A stretch of 64,000 nucleotides of DNA from Candidatus Woesebacteria bacterium (lineage in GTDB: Bacteria; Patescibacteriota; Microgenomatia; UBA8517): positions 371,270 through 435,269 of the forward strand of contig JAGVAE010000002.1 of NCBI GenBank assembly GCA_020060565.1, read 5' to 3'. The position numbers were made by a program, and so were the translations under genes. Position 1 is the first letter of the stretch. Each line of letters begins with the position of its first letter. The notes under the pieces were generated by a model. That model was not told where the DNA came from. It ran no database searches and saw only the letters and a program-made list of their open reading frames with translations. Positions 1-9,984 of this stretch are shown piece by piece.

Positions 1-27
1 TAAAATGGAAGCTGACATTAAAATAAA

Positions 28-360
28 ATGATCATTGGACTTCAAATAATTGCCCTTCTTTTTGCTTTTACTATGGTTTATTTTGCTGTATTGAATTACA
101 AAAGGGGAGAGTTAAGTAGTGCCGAGGTTGCGTCTTGGGTGATTATGTGGATAGCTACAATTATCATAGTAGTCTTTCCAGAGCTTCTTCAAGACTTTGC
201 AAAGACATTTTCAGTTGCCAGAGTATTTGATCTTATGGTTATTGGGGGATTTGTAGTAGTTATAACACTTGTTGGAAGTGCCTACATTCGAACTAAAAGG
301 CTTGAAAAGAAGTTAGAGGATTTGGTGAGGCGTGATGCACTTAAGAATAAACATAAATGA
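28..360 (+). CDS. small two-TM membrane protein, DUF2304-like; its TGA stop overlaps the next start (ATGA)
   Basis: 110 aa with two hydrophobic helices and a charged C-terminal tail; translationally coupled to the downstream GT2; TAAAAT hexamer 3 nt upstream of the ATG. Confidence 0.5.
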   Translation: MIIGLQIIALLFAFTMVYFAVLNYKRGELSSAEVASWVIMWIATIIIVVFPELLQDFAKTFSVARVFDLMVIGGFVVVITLVGSAYIRTKRLEKKLEDLVRRDALKNKHK

Positions 361-1124
361 AGCCCAAAATATCAATTGTTGTTCCTTCATACAACAAAGT
401 TAAATTTATTGAGCTAACTTTAAAATCTATCTTTTCTCAAAATTATAAAAATCTTGAGGTTATTATTCAGGATGGTGGTTCAACTGATGGATCCGTTCAA
501 ATAATTAAAAAATACGCAAAAAAATATCCAATCATTTGGGTATCAAAGAAAGATAAAGGACAGACAGATGCAGTGAATACTGGTTTAAAAAAAGCTACTG
601 GGCAAATACTGACTTTTATTAATGCTGATGATTGCTATAAACACAATACGCTTTCATTGGTGGCAAATACATATATTAAATATCCCAAAGCTCTTTGGTT
701 TGTTGGACAAAGTATGGTAATTGATGAGAATGGAAAAGAGAAAGCAAAACTAGTTACACGATACAAGAATTTACTCTTGTTTCTAAATTCTAAATTCTAT
801 CTTCTAATTACTAATTATCTAATGCAGCCATCAGTTTTCTTTACAAAAGAAGCATACAAAAAATATGGACCATTTATTGGAACCAGTGATTTTATTTGCG
901 AATATGACTTTTGGCTTAAACTTGCGCATGTTTCAATGCCTATGGTTTTAAATAAGTGTATTTCAAAATTTAGAATTGAACCCAATACAAAAACAAAAAG
1001 AATGTTCAAGAGTCTTTTATTTGAAGATGTAAAAATAGTTAAAAAATATACTAACAGTCCTTTGATTTTATTTCTTCACGAACTTCACAATTTAGGAAGA
1101 GTTCTGATTGCTAAATTTGTATGA
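357..1124 (+). CDS. glycosyltransferase family 2 (GT-A fold)
   Basis: N-terminal ISIVVPSYN...EVIIQDGGSTDGS and DxD-like INADD motifs. Confidence 0.8.
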   Translation: MKPKISIVVPSYNKVKFIELTLKSIFSQNYKNLEVIIQDGGSTDGSVQIIKKYAKKYPIIWVSKKDKGQTDAVNTGLKKATGQILTFINADDCYKHNTLSLVANTYIKYPKALWFVGQSMVIDENGKEKAKLVTRYKNLLLFLNSKFYLLITNYLMQPSVFFTKEAYKKYGPFIGTSDFICEYDFWLKLAHVSMPMVLNKCISKFRIEPNTKTKRMFKSLLFEDVKIVKKYTNSPLILFLHELHNLGRVLIAKFV

Positions 1125-2563
1125 TCAAATTTTTAGGTAAATATAAATACATACTTTTAACTTTTTTAATAGCATTTATTCTTTTTTATCCTTCACTTTT
1201 TACGTTTTTTACAAATGATGACTTTTTCTTTTTAAATATTGCAAAAGCAAATAGTCTTGGTGAATTTTTTAATTTTTTCTCTCTATCAAAAGGTCCTGAG
1301 GGATTTGGAATGTATAGACCATTAACAACTCAGGTATTTTATTTTTTATCGCGTAGTTTATTTAATCTATCTCCTCTCCCACTTCATATAATTTCTTTAA
1401 TATTTTTCTTTGGAGTAATTTACTTGGTATATAGATTAGTAGTTGAATTGGTAAAGAACGAGAAAGTAGCCATCCTTTCGGCATTTTTATATGCGGTTTC
1501 TGCTACCCATTTTGGTCAACTATATTACCTGGCGGCTTTTCAAGAATTGGGGATGACACTATTTGTCATCCTAAGTTGTTTAATGTTTATAAAAAGGAAG
1601 AATTTACTTAGTTTTATTTTCTTTGTCCTGGCTCTTATGTCAAAGGAAACTGCGGTGGTTACACCAATTCTTTTGGCTTTAATCTACTTTTTCCAGAAAT
1701 TTAATGGAGAAAAAATTATTAGTTTTAAAAGGTTTATTGTTCTTTTGTCTCCATACCTCATACTGCTTGCTACATATTTTGTTTTCCGTTTCGCGAGTTA
1801 CGGTTTTGCAACTGGAGATAGTTATATTTGGGACTTCTCCTTAAGAAAACTTATTAATACTTCATTTTGGTATCTTCTCTGGTCATTTAACATTCCGGAA
1901 TCCTTGGTTGATTTTATTGGATCAGGGTTAACAATTAACCCTAATCTGTTTGTCTTTTGGGGAGATCAGATCAAGCCAATACTTATATTATTTATTGTTC
2001 AAGCCTTAATACTTATATATGTTTTGTTTAGATCAATTGTAAAAAATGATGGGAAGAATAAAAATGCCAATAGTTTTGTTTCGGCACTTTGTATTGCTTG
2101 GTTTTTTGTTAGTTTACTGCCAGTAATATTTTTGCCACTCCATAAATTTACTTTTTATTTAACTCTTCCTTTGATTGCAGTAACATTTAGAATCGCATAT
2201 TTATTAATAACTACAAAAGTGAATAGGATTGTTATTGGAATATTTTTATTGGTTTGGACGATAACTTCAGTTTTAACGTTAAAATTTACATATGTAACTA
2301 ATTGGATAAGTCAAAGCCAAATAATTTCGCAAAGAGTGTTTGAATTTTTTAATTCTGAGGGATCAAAATTAGAAGGAAAAACCATAGCTTTTGTCGATAC
2401 AGAAGATGATTCTAATGTTTTTTGGTCTCCAACAAGTACCATAAGAACGGTTCTTTCCGACAAAAACTTTTTCGATGTTTTCTTTCCAAATTTAGCTGAT
2501 AAAATTGACTATAATGGACAGGGTGAAATCAAAATCAAATCGAGGCAGTTTTTGGGATATTAA
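1121..2563 (+). CDS. polytopic membrane protein, GT-C-like (ArnT/PMT-like) glycosyltransferase
   Basis: About 12 predicted TM helices; acidic FTNDDFFF in the first loop; LMSKETAVV motif shared with the other GT-C paralogs in this window. Confidence 0.5.
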   Translation: MIKFLGKYKYILLTFLIAFILFYPSLFTFFTNDDFFFLNIAKANSLGEFFNFFSLSKGPEGFGMYRPLTTQVFYFLSRSLFNLSPLPLHIISLIFFFGVIYLVYRLVVELVKNEKVAILSAFLYAVSATHFGQLYYLAAFQELGMTLFVILSCLMFIKRKNLLSFIFFVLALMSKETAVVTPILLALIYFFQKFNGEKIISFKRFIVLLSPYLILLATYFVFRFASYGFATGDSYIWDFSLRKLINTSFWYLLWSFNIPESLVDFIGSGLTINPNLFVFWGDQIKPILILFIVQALILIYVLFRSIVKNDGKNKNANSFVSALCIAWFFVSLLPVIFLPLHKFTFYLTLPLIAVTFRIAYLLITTKVNRIVIGIFLLVWTITSVLTLKFTYVTNWISQSQIISQRVFEFFNSEGSKLEGKTIAFVDTEDDSNVFWSPTSTIRTVLSDKNFFDVFFPNLADKIDYNGQGEIKIKSRQFLGY

Positions 2564-3131
2564 GAGTAATCTTGCAAGTACCATAGAGACTCCATGGAAA
2601 GCTGTTAGTGAACTTTTGATGTATGCAGTTAAACCCCTTGCATGGATATATTTAAAAATGTTCTGTGGAGTCAAAATTGGAAAAGGTTATAAATTTTATG
2701 GTCTACCTCGAGTTTTTAGATATAGAAAAAGTAGAATTGTAATTGGGGAGTGTTTTGAAAATATGAATAGATGGGACAGTAATCCAATAGGTATTAATCA
2801 CCCTACAATCATTTGTACATGGAGTAGTAATGCAATTATTAAAATTGGCAATGATGTTGGGATAAGTGGTGGATCAATGGTTGCGGCAAAAAATATTGAA
2901 ATAGGAGATGAAACTTTGATTGGAGCCAATACAATTATCATTGATACCGATTTCCACCCCTTAGAATCGCTTAAGAGGCGTTATGAAACCAATAATGTAA
3001 GGTCTAAGGGAATTGTAATTGGTAAAAATGTATTCATTGGAGCAAGTTGCATTATACTCAAAGGATCAAAAATTCCAGATAATGCTATAGTACCTGCAGG
3101 CAGTGTTGTTAGATCAAATACTAAATTTTAA
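2514..3131 (+). CDS. hexapeptide-repeat (LbH) sugar O-acetyltransferase; tool start TTG 2505
   Basis: Repeats IGNDVGISGGSMV...IGDETLIGANTIII...IGKNVFIGASCII typical of WbbJ/LacA-type acetyltransferases. Confidence 0.8.
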   Translation: MDRVKSKSNRGSFWDIKSNLASTIETPWKAVSELLMYAVKPLAWIYLKMFCGVKIGKGYKFYGLPRVFRYRKSRIVIGECFENMNRWDSNPIGINHPTIICTWSSNAIIKIGNDVGISGGSMVAAKNIEIGDETLIGANTIIIDTDFHPLESLKRRYETNNVRSKGIVIGKNVFIGASCIILKGSKIPDNAIVPAGSVVRSNTKF

Positions 3132-3134
3132 ACA

Positions 3135-3797
3135 ATGAAATCTTCATCCGTTCAGAAGCATTTTGATAGAGTTGCCAAGGACTACGATTCAGGGAAACAA
3201 AAATATTCTTTTTATTATGAAAATTTAAAAAAATTATTAGGTTCTCTTATACCAAAGAATTCAAAAGTCTGCGAAATTGGATGTGGAACAGGGGATTTAC
3301 TCTCAAGCCTTAAGCCAAAATTTGGGTATGGAATGGATGTAAGTAGTGAAATGATTAAAAGAGCCAAAAATAAACACAAATTAGAGAAAAATTTAAAGTT
3401 TTCTACCTCTTGGCCAATCAATAAGTTTGACTACATTTTCATGAGCGATGTTATTGAGCACTTAGATAATCCGCAAGAAACTTTTCAAAAAATTGCAAGA
3501 CTAATGGATAAAAATTCTGTTTTAGTAAATACAATGGCAAATCCTGCTTGGGAACCAATACTTATGTTTTGGGAAAAGATGGGGTGGAAAATGAAGGAGG
3601 GACCACATGACAGAATTAATATTAAAAAATTAAAGGTTATTATGAAGAAATCTGGACTTAAAATTATTAAACATGATTATAAATTACTAATTCCTTTGTA
3701 TATTCCATTTGTTACAGAATTTATAAATAAGTATTTTGAAAAGATGTTTAAAAAATTTGCGTTCGTAGAATATTTTGTTGCAAAATATGAAAAATAG
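3135..3797 (+). CDS. class I SAM-dependent methyltransferase
   Basis: Motif I VCEIGCGTGDL and post-I acidic DYIFMSDVIEHL. Confidence 0.8.
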   Translation: MKSSSVQKHFDRVAKDYDSGKQKYSFYYENLKKLLGSLIPKNSKVCEIGCGTGDLLSSLKPKFGYGMDVSSEMIKRAKNKHKLEKNLKFSTSWPINKFDYIFMSDVIEHLDNPQETFQKIARLMDKNSVLVNTMANPAWEPILMFWEKMGWKMKEGPHDRINIKKLKVIMKKSGLKIIKHDYKLLIPLYIPFVTEFINKYFEKMFKKFAFVEYFVAKYEK

Positions 3798-5055
3798 TAA
3801 ATTCATATTAATCCTTGCTCTAATAACTTTTGTTGTTTGCGGTTTTCCACTACTCATATATGGAATTAAAAACACTTTCTTTTTAAGTATTGATCCAGAT
3901 ATTGTTTATATAACCAACGCACTTCTTTATACAAAATATGCAATTATTTCTTATGTGGACCATCCAGGAACTCCATCTATTATGCTTTTGTATTATTTGT
4001 TCTTTCCATTAAGAATATATGCAAAATATTTTTTACATACAGGGTTTATTGAGTGGTCGTTTGATAATTTTGGACTTCTTACATATTTATGTCGTTTTTT
4101 TGAATTATTAGTTTTTTGCTCTTCACTATTTATTTTTTTAAAATCGATTTCAACATTTATTAAATCAAATCTACTAATTATTTTTGCCTGGGTTTCAATA
4201 TTTGTTCTTTTGGGATTTGATTGGGGAGTCAGGGTGGTACCTGAAAATTTTTCATTCTTCTTAACAGCTATTTGGCTATTAATTTTTACAAAATTTATCA
4301 AATCAAGAAGTTATATCCTGAATATTATTTTGGTTATTCTTTCTGGTTTTGCAGTTGCCAATAAACTTACTGGAATCTTTTTAGCAGTTTGTTCTGTAAC
4401 TTTACCTTTATTTGGGAAAAAACTTAAGCTAGATCAGAAGTTTTTTAAACTTGAAACTAATATTGTATTATTTCTTGGATCCTTTTACCTTGGAATTTTG
4501 CCCGCTGTTAGACATTTAACTTATATTAAAAGTTGGATAAGATCACTTTTTGAACATGCTGGGACACATGCAACTGGAGTAGCAGCTGTTTTTGATTGGC
4601 CAAGTTATTCTGGTTCTGTAATATCATTGTTAACCAGCCATCCCTTTGTATTTATTTATATAGGCTTAAGTATTGTTCTGGTTATTTGGCTCTTGGTGAA
4701 AAAGAAAATACGTTTTACTGATCCAATTTTGTATGTTTTTTTAATAACATTTTTGGGAATACTCATTTTCGCAAAGTATCCCATTATTCACTATTTTTTT
4801 GTTAACAGTATATTGATAGTTTTTTGTACAACATATTTTCTGACAAAAATAAATTTTAAATTTTTGAAGTACATTATTGGGATACTAATTATTATGGCTG
4901 TTATGAATTTGATAAGTTTTACAAATATTACCTCAAACCAATTAGGAAAATATTCAAATGTATCAATTTATCCAACAATTAAATCTTGGACTCCTTTTTG
5001 GGCGTCTGACATCTTTAAAGAACAGTTTGAGGCATCGGATTCTACTAACTTCTAA
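3775..5055 (+). CDS. polytopic integral membrane protein, function unknown (possibly GT-C-like)
   Basis: 426 aa, highly hydrophobic throughout, more than 10 TM segments; overlaps the convergent gene by 11 nt. Confidence 0.45.
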   Translation: MLQNMKNSKFILILALITFVVCGFPLLIYGIKNTFFLSIDPDIVYITNALLYTKYAIISYVDHPGTPSIMLLYYLFFPLRIYAKYFLHTGFIEWSFDNFGLLTYLCRFFELLVFCSSLFIFLKSISTFIKSNLLIIFAWVSIFVLLGFDWGVRVVPENFSFFLTAIWLLIFTKFIKSRSYILNIILVILSGFAVANKLTGIFLAVCSVTLPLFGKKLKLDQKFFKLETNIVLFLGSFYLGILPAVRHLTYIKSWIRSLFEHAGTHATGVAAVFDWPSYSGSVISLLTSHPFVFIYIGLSIVLVIWLLVKKKIRFTDPILYVFLITFLGILIFAKYPIIHYFFVNSILIVFCTTYFLTKINFKFLKYIIGILIIMAVMNLISFTNITSNQLGKYSNVSIYPTIKSWTPFWASDIFKEQFEASDSTNF

Positions 5056-6148
5056 ATTCTTTGTATGCCAAGAGGGTCATTTTAAGAAGCATTAGTCCAT
5101 GTCTAAATCTGTTAATATTTGTTGTTCCATAAACTCTTTCTCTGTATCTAATTGGAATCTCAACTACTTTAAGATTATTTTTTATTGCTCCAAATATTAA
5201 AGCAAAATCTCCAAATGGATCCATTTTAAAATATCTTTTATTATGTTTTCTGATGTATACATAATCTTTTCTAAAAAGTGCTTTTGTTCCACATAGTGTA
5301 TCTTTAAAATTTTGTCCTAAAATTTTGGTGAATATAAAACCAAACAATTTATTACCAATCTGGTTTAAAAATCTCATTGAATCATTCTCCATTGGATAAA
5401 CCATTCGGCTTCCGTTAGCAAATTCACCAAGGCTTGTTGCCAGGACTTTATAAAACTTTGGTAAATCGGTAGGGGACACAGTTCGGTCTGCATCGTAAAT
5501 CATGAGTATCTCACCCTTTGCTTTCTCAAATCCAAGCCATACTGCGTCAGCCTTTCCTTTACCGCTTTGTTTAAAAGCTTTAAGGGTTAAATAAGCTTTG
5601 TGTTTTTTGGAAAGTTCTATTTGAATTTTGTCCCAAGTTTTGTCTTTAGAATTTCCTTCAACAAATACAATTTCTTGCCATTTACCAAACTTGGGGATAC
5701 TTAAAGCAATTTTAGGAATGTTCCCTTCCTCGTTTCTAGCAGGAACAATTATCGATACACTATACTCTTTTTTTAGTTTCACACCTTCAGGCCTTTTTCT
5801 AGCAGTGGTAAGCATGATTAGACCCATAAGACGGGTTTGTGTAGATATTACTTCAAAACCACTGATATTTAAGATGTTTTCAATGTCGTTTTCATCTAAC
5901 CAATTTTGGATACCTACTTTTTTTCTTAGTCCTAATATAGAAGCTAAAGAAAGAATGGGTTCCCAGAGATGACTGTGGTAGGTAATGAGAATTCTAGTTT
6001 CTGGCGATATTTTCTTTGATATTTTTTCAAAATAACCAACCAAATCTGGAGTATCACTTACAACATTGCTCAGTACCACGCCCGAGAACTTTTTATAGAC
6101 CCTTTTGAGATCGCTGTAGTAAATCTTCTGAAATATGTTTAATGCCAT
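5045..6148 (-). CDS. GT2 polyprenyl-phosphate sugar synthase-like (DPM1/GtrB/CsbB type) with about 130 aa N-terminal extension
   Basis: SIIVPARNEEGNI, ADAVWLGF and DADRTVSP motifs characteristic of Dol-P-Man/undecaprenyl-P-sugar synthases. Confidence 0.7.
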   Translation of the reverse strand: MALNIFQKIYYSDLKRVYKKFSGVVLSNVVSDTPDLVGYFEKISKKISPETRILITYHSHLWEPILSLASILGLRKKVGIQNWLDENDIENILNISGFEVISTQTRLMGLIMLTTARKRPEGVKLKKEYSVSIIVPARNEEGNIPKIALSIPKFGKWQEIVFVEGNSKDKTWDKIQIELSKKHKAYLTLKAFKQSGKGKADAVWLGFEKAKGEILMIYDADRTVSPTDLPKFYKVLATSLGEFANGSRMVYPMENDSMRFLNQIGNKLFGFIFTKILGQNFKDTLCGTKALFRKDYVYIRKHNKRYFKMDPFGDFALIFGAIKNNLKVVEIPIRYRERVYGTTNINRFRHGLMLLKMTLLAYKEFRS

Positions 6149-6176
6149 GTTCTTTCACGGCTATTATAGCAGGCTT

Positions 6177-8429
6177 TTAAATTGGTTGGAGATGGTAGAA
6201 AATTACAGGGTATCCTTTATAATCTAAACTCTCAGTGCCCATAATATTATAGATTTTACCCTCATTGATATGAACTGTTTTTTCATTTGACATCCAAGGT
6301 ACGAAAACATATGTATATTTTGTGCAGTTACTGTTTTTTGTCTTGTTCAAGTTCTCTATATATCCAACGCTTTTAAGATGTGTAAAGTAATAACTAGTGG
6401 CCAGGTCATTAATAATACATGACCCATTAGGAACTTTGTCGTTAATCATATCTGTATAGCCGTCAAGGAAAGTAAACTGTGAATTGTAAATTTGCGCATC
6501 ATTAAAGGCAAAAATTGGAGAACTTTTATGTTTTCCAATATAGTTTGTTCCGAAAAGAATTTGTGCGGAAGGATCGATAGCATTAAATACTTGGATAGTT
6601 ATCAATATTAAAAGGGTCAGTAGAACCGTAAGTCTTGCAAAAAAGTGTCGGTTGAAAAGTATATGGGTTGATATATAAAACAATATAGTTAAAAAGAAAA
6701 CAGAGGGAACTACATAACGAGAAAAATTCATAACAACCATAACCAAATTCAATGCAATGAAAGCAAAGAAGACGATCACTAATGTAATGATCATGTCTAA
6801 TTTTACTTTGGTTATATGTTTTAAAGGTTTTAATAGAAAAACAAATATTTTTAGAATAGTTATTAAGATACCTAAAGACATTAACCATGAAAAGTTCATG
6901 ATGAACATTTGAAAGATTCTAGTTTTAATATTCAGAGGGTTGAGTCCAAAACAAAATGTGCAACTATCACTCCAGATAAAATTAAATTTTACATAGTCAT
7001 TATCATTCCATAAACGGCCGCGTGTATAGATGAGGTAAAGACCGAATATAATAACAGGTAGGAAAACAACAACTTTTTGTGAGATTGTTTTCCCCCAACC
7101 AAGTAAAGTTCTTTTGTTAATTATTCTAACAATAAAATATGCAGAGATTAACGCCAGGTATATATAAATACCTGTTTCCTTTGTAAAAACAAGCATTAAG
7201 GACCAAAAGAAAAAAAGAATACTTCGTTTATATATAAACGATTCAAATACAAGAACAGTAAATATAAGTATGGGGAAATCCAGATTAAAAAATATCGAAG
7301 AACCATAAAAAAGTGGGTTAAATGCAAAAATGAGTGTAATTATAATGTTTTCAATCTTTCTATCCGGGAAGAAAAATTTTGCAATATTGTAAAAACCCCA
7401 TATTGCACTTACAGCAAACAGCATATTTAAAATATTTAATGCAACAATATTCCCAAAGCCAAACCCCTGACTCAGAGACATAACGCCCATATAGCCCATA
7501 GATGGATGTCCCAAAAAGTTAAAGTTAGTCAGAAATGCTGCAATTTTACTACCAATATCCGAAGGTGCTTGTGAAGTTTTGCTGATTGCATCAAGTAATA
7601 GTTGTTTATACCAGTTGGCATCCCAGTATTGAGAATATTTTAAAAATTGAATCCTGGTGGCAATATAAATTGTTGAGATTGATAAAATTTCAGGGTTTGA
7701 TTTAATAAATTTTTTGGTTAGATCAAAAAAATCAATTTTCATATTTATTTTTTCAGGAAACCAAAAACTGGCCAGTATTAATGACGTCTTCAGAAGTAGG
7801 TATGTCAAAAAAGGGGAAGCAAAGGCGATTATAAGATTCACATAATCCGAAAGTTCAAAATATGACAGATAGTTTAATGCTTTTTTTGCTAAAAAGTGCG
7901 GTATAAGTGATTTGTTTTTAGATAAATAGCCTTTTGTATAAATATATTTTACTTGAAAGAAGTTTGACTTATTGCTTATAGATATAGAGTCATTAATATT
8001 TCCTTTTTGGGATTCTATTTCAATTTGATAAATATGACCCTTTGAGTCGGATATTGGGTCAAATCCAAATGGGTAAAACTGACCGATATCAAATTTTGAG
8101 GAATCGTGGCTACCTTCGTAGTACCAAGTATTATTACCCTTTTCTCTTATTCTAAACTTAATTACATCACTGTTGATTTTTTTATGGTTATTAAAAAGAA
8201 AGCTGATAGTGCCTAAATTATTATCCTCTGCCATAAATTCAAATTTTGCAGTTTCTTTTGAGAGAAGTCTTTCAAAATTGGAATCTTCTAAAAATCTGAC
8301 ATTTTGAGCCAGATTGTTTATTTGGGAATTATAAAAAAAATTTTCTTTATCAATAAAAATCCTTACCTTGCTAATAAAAATCAATATCGAAATGGTCAGA
8401 AGCATTAGAATTGTTAGCCACTTTTTCAT
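6177..8429 (-). CDS. large polytopic membrane protein, GT-C-like (YfhO/ArnT-like)
   Basis: 750 aa; N-terminal TM, soluble region of about 200 aa, then more than 12 TM; VFTKETGIYIY motif; directly upstream on the same strand of the DPM1-like GT2. Confidence 0.5.
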   Translation of the reverse strand: MKKWLTILMLLTISILIFISKVRIFIDKENFFYNSQINNLAQNVRFLEDSNFERLLSKETAKFEFMAEDNNLGTISFLFNNHKKINSDVIKFRIREKGNNTWYYEGSHDSSKFDIGQFYPFGFDPISDSKGHIYQIEIESQKGNINDSISISNKSNFFQVKYIYTKGYLSKNKSLIPHFLAKKALNYLSYFELSDYVNLIIAFASPFLTYLLLKTSLILASFWFPEKINMKIDFFDLTKKFIKSNPEILSISTIYIATRIQFLKYSQYWDANWYKQLLLDAISKTSQAPSDIGSKIAAFLTNFNFLGHPSMGYMGVMSLSQGFGFGNIVALNILNMLFAVSAIWGFYNIAKFFFPDRKIENIIITLIFAFNPLFYGSSIFFNLDFPILIFTVLVFESFIYKRSILFFFWSLMLVFTKETGIYIYLALISAYFIVRIINKRTLLGWGKTISQKVVVFLPVIIFGLYLIYTRGRLWNDNDYVKFNFIWSDSCTFCFGLNPLNIKTRIFQMFIMNFSWLMSLGILITILKIFVFLLKPLKHITKVKLDMIITLVIVFFAFIALNLVMVVMNFSRYVVPSVFFLTILFYISTHILFNRHFFARLTVLLTLLILITIQVFNAIDPSAQILFGTNYIGKHKSSPIFAFNDAQIYNSQFTFLDGYTDMINDKVPNGSCIINDLATSYYFTHLKSVGYIENLNKTKNSNCTKYTYVFVPWMSNEKTVHINEGKIYNIMGTESLDYKGYPVIFYHLQPI

Positions 8430-8467
8430 GTAGAAATTACAACAATAATAACAGAAATGATGGTAAA
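8430..8467. promoter_or_regulatory. 38-bp divergent control region between the minus-strand GT-C gene and the plus-strand methyltransferase operon
   Basis: Extended -10 TGGTAAAAT at 8461..8469, immediately before the ATGs at 8468/8477. Confidence 0.35.
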
Positions 8468-9232
8468 ATGACCATTATGATTAGAATGAGCAGTGAACTA
8501 CTGGATAAGTTTAACGATATTGAAAAAAAACATTGGTGGTGGGAAGGAAGGCGTGAGCTTCTTAGATATTTTTTTAAGAGAAGAAAACCAAAATATATAT
8601 TAGATATAGGTTGTGGGACAGGAGAAACCCTTTCTTTTTTAAGAGGGTATTATCCTAAAACTAAACTTTATGGAGTGGATACTTCATCACGAGCGATATC
8701 TTATTCAAAGGTAAGGGGGCATAAAAATATCAAGAATGCATCGGCAACTAATCTTCCATTTAAAAATAATTTTTTTGACACAGTTTTGTTTTTGGATGTT
8801 TTGGAACATATAAAGGATGATAATAAGGCGATAGGGGAAGCAAGACGAGTGTTAAAAAAAGGGGGAATTATTATTATTACAGCACCTGCCCTAAGTTTTA
8901 TTTGGTCGGAACACGACATAAAACAAGGACATAAAAAGAGATATACGAGACGCGAAATTAGGAAATTAGCTATTGATAACCAACTCGAAATGTCTTTTAT
9001 TAGTTATTTTAATTTCATCTTCAGTTTGCCGATAATCATTATCAGGCTTTTAAGCAGATTAATGGTTTTTAGATCCTTCGCTAACTATGATAAAGAAATT
9101 AATTACAATATTGCTAAAGTGACAGCTATTAATTCAATATTAAAATACCTCTTTGTTCTTGAGATAAAAGCGCTAAGATTTATAAAGTATCCTATTGGTA
9201 TATCGGTTTCTGCAGTCTTAAAGAAACAATGA
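8468..9232 (+). CDS. class I SAM-dependent methyltransferase; alternative start ATG 8477; the tool start 8411 overlaps the divergent gene
   Basis: ILDIGCGTGETLSFL and VLFLDVLEHI motifs. Confidence 0.8.
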   Translation: MTIMIRMSSELLDKFNDIEKKHWWWEGRRELLRYFFKRRKPKYILDIGCGTGETLSFLRGYYPKTKLYGVDTSSRAISYSKVRGHKNIKNASATNLPFKNNFFDTVLFLDVLEHIKDDNKAIGEARRVLKKGGIIIITAPALSFIWSEHDIKQGHKKRYTRREIRKLAIDNQLEMSFISYFNFIFSLPIIIIRLLSRLMVFRSFANYDKEINYNIAKVTAINSILKYLFVLEIKALRFIKYPIGISVSAVLKKQ

Positions 9233-9984
9233 ACAAATTAACAAAAGTAGAAATTAACGAAAAAGAGTATTTTAATAAAATTGCGAATAAATATGATAAA
9301 AATTATCATTATCTGGAGCCTTTTACCAAATATAAGATTAACAAAAAGGTATTAGAGTTTGCGAGGTTAATAAATGGTTATACTAAGTCGGATGGACTGC
9401 ATATGCTTGAGGTGGGTTGTGGAACTGGAGAATATACAAAACGGATCGCCAAATTCTTTCCAAAGTCAAAAATTACAGGACTTGATATATCTGAACATGT
9501 GGTTTCAGTTGCAAAAATAAAATGTAAAAGAAATAAAAATGTTTCCTTTGTTGTTAAAAGTGCGTATCACACAGGTTTTCCAAAGGAATCCTTTGATGTT
9601 ATTTTTGGCTATTATGTACTACACCACTTAAATATTCCGAAATTTAGAAAAGAAATGTTTAGAGTATTAAAATCCGGAGGATTTGCATTTTTTTATGAAC
9701 CAAATCTTATAAACCCTGCAGTTTATTTGATTAAATCCAATAAATATTTAAAAAAGAAAGCTGGAGACTCTATATATGAATGGGCAGTTAACCCCCTAAC
9801 TATAGAAAAGAATCTGACCAGTTTTAAAATGATAAAAGTGGCCACAAGTGAATACATTTTACCTTTAAAAATAATTCCTCTTAAAATTATGATTGTTGTA
9901 GACACAATAACGGATTATCTTAAACACATTCCGTTTATAAAGTATTTTGGCGGTTCGGTTTACATTTTTATGACCAAAAAATGA
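9229..9984 (+). CDS. class I SAM-dependent methyltransferase
   Basis: MLEVGCGTGEYT and FGYYVLHHL motifs; ATGA overlap with the upstream gene. Confidence 0.8.
   Translation: MNKLTKVEINEKEYFNKIANKYDKNYHYLEPFTKYKINKKVLEFARLINGYTKSDGLHMLEVGCGTGEYTKRIAKFFPKSKITGLDISEHVVSVAKIKCKRNKNVSFVVKSAYHTGFPKESFDVIFGYYVLHHLNIPKFRKEMFRVLKSGGFAFFYEPNLINPAVYLIKSNKYLKKKAGDSIYEWAVNPLTIEKNLTSFKMIKVATSEYILPLKIIPLKIMIVVDTITDYLKHIPFIKYFGGSVYIFMTKK

Noticed and set aside
815-1009. Short antisense or alternative-frame ORFs nested in large genes (for example 815..1009, 2492..2674, 3215..3421, 5628..5972, 6583..6888, 12370..12675, 13228..13554, 21692..22000, 25974..26165, 26674..27081, 32697..33105, 57895..58323, 61485..61736, 62428..62739, 63330..63596)
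   Set aside because: Each lies entirely within a longer ORF with clear family motifs on the other strand or frame. They are low-complexity or AT-driven and have no motifs, so they are treated as spurious.
6177-8429. Naming the 750-aa membrane protein specifically as YfhO
   Set aside because: Only topology, size and genomic pairing with a GtrB/CsbB-like GT2 support this. No diagnostic motif was recognised by eye, so the generic GT-C-like call is kept.
8411-8467. Longer N-terminal extension of the methyltransferase (tool start 8411)
   Set aside because: It would overlap the start of the divergent gene, and the extended -10 lies inside it. The ATG at 8468 or 8477 is preferred.
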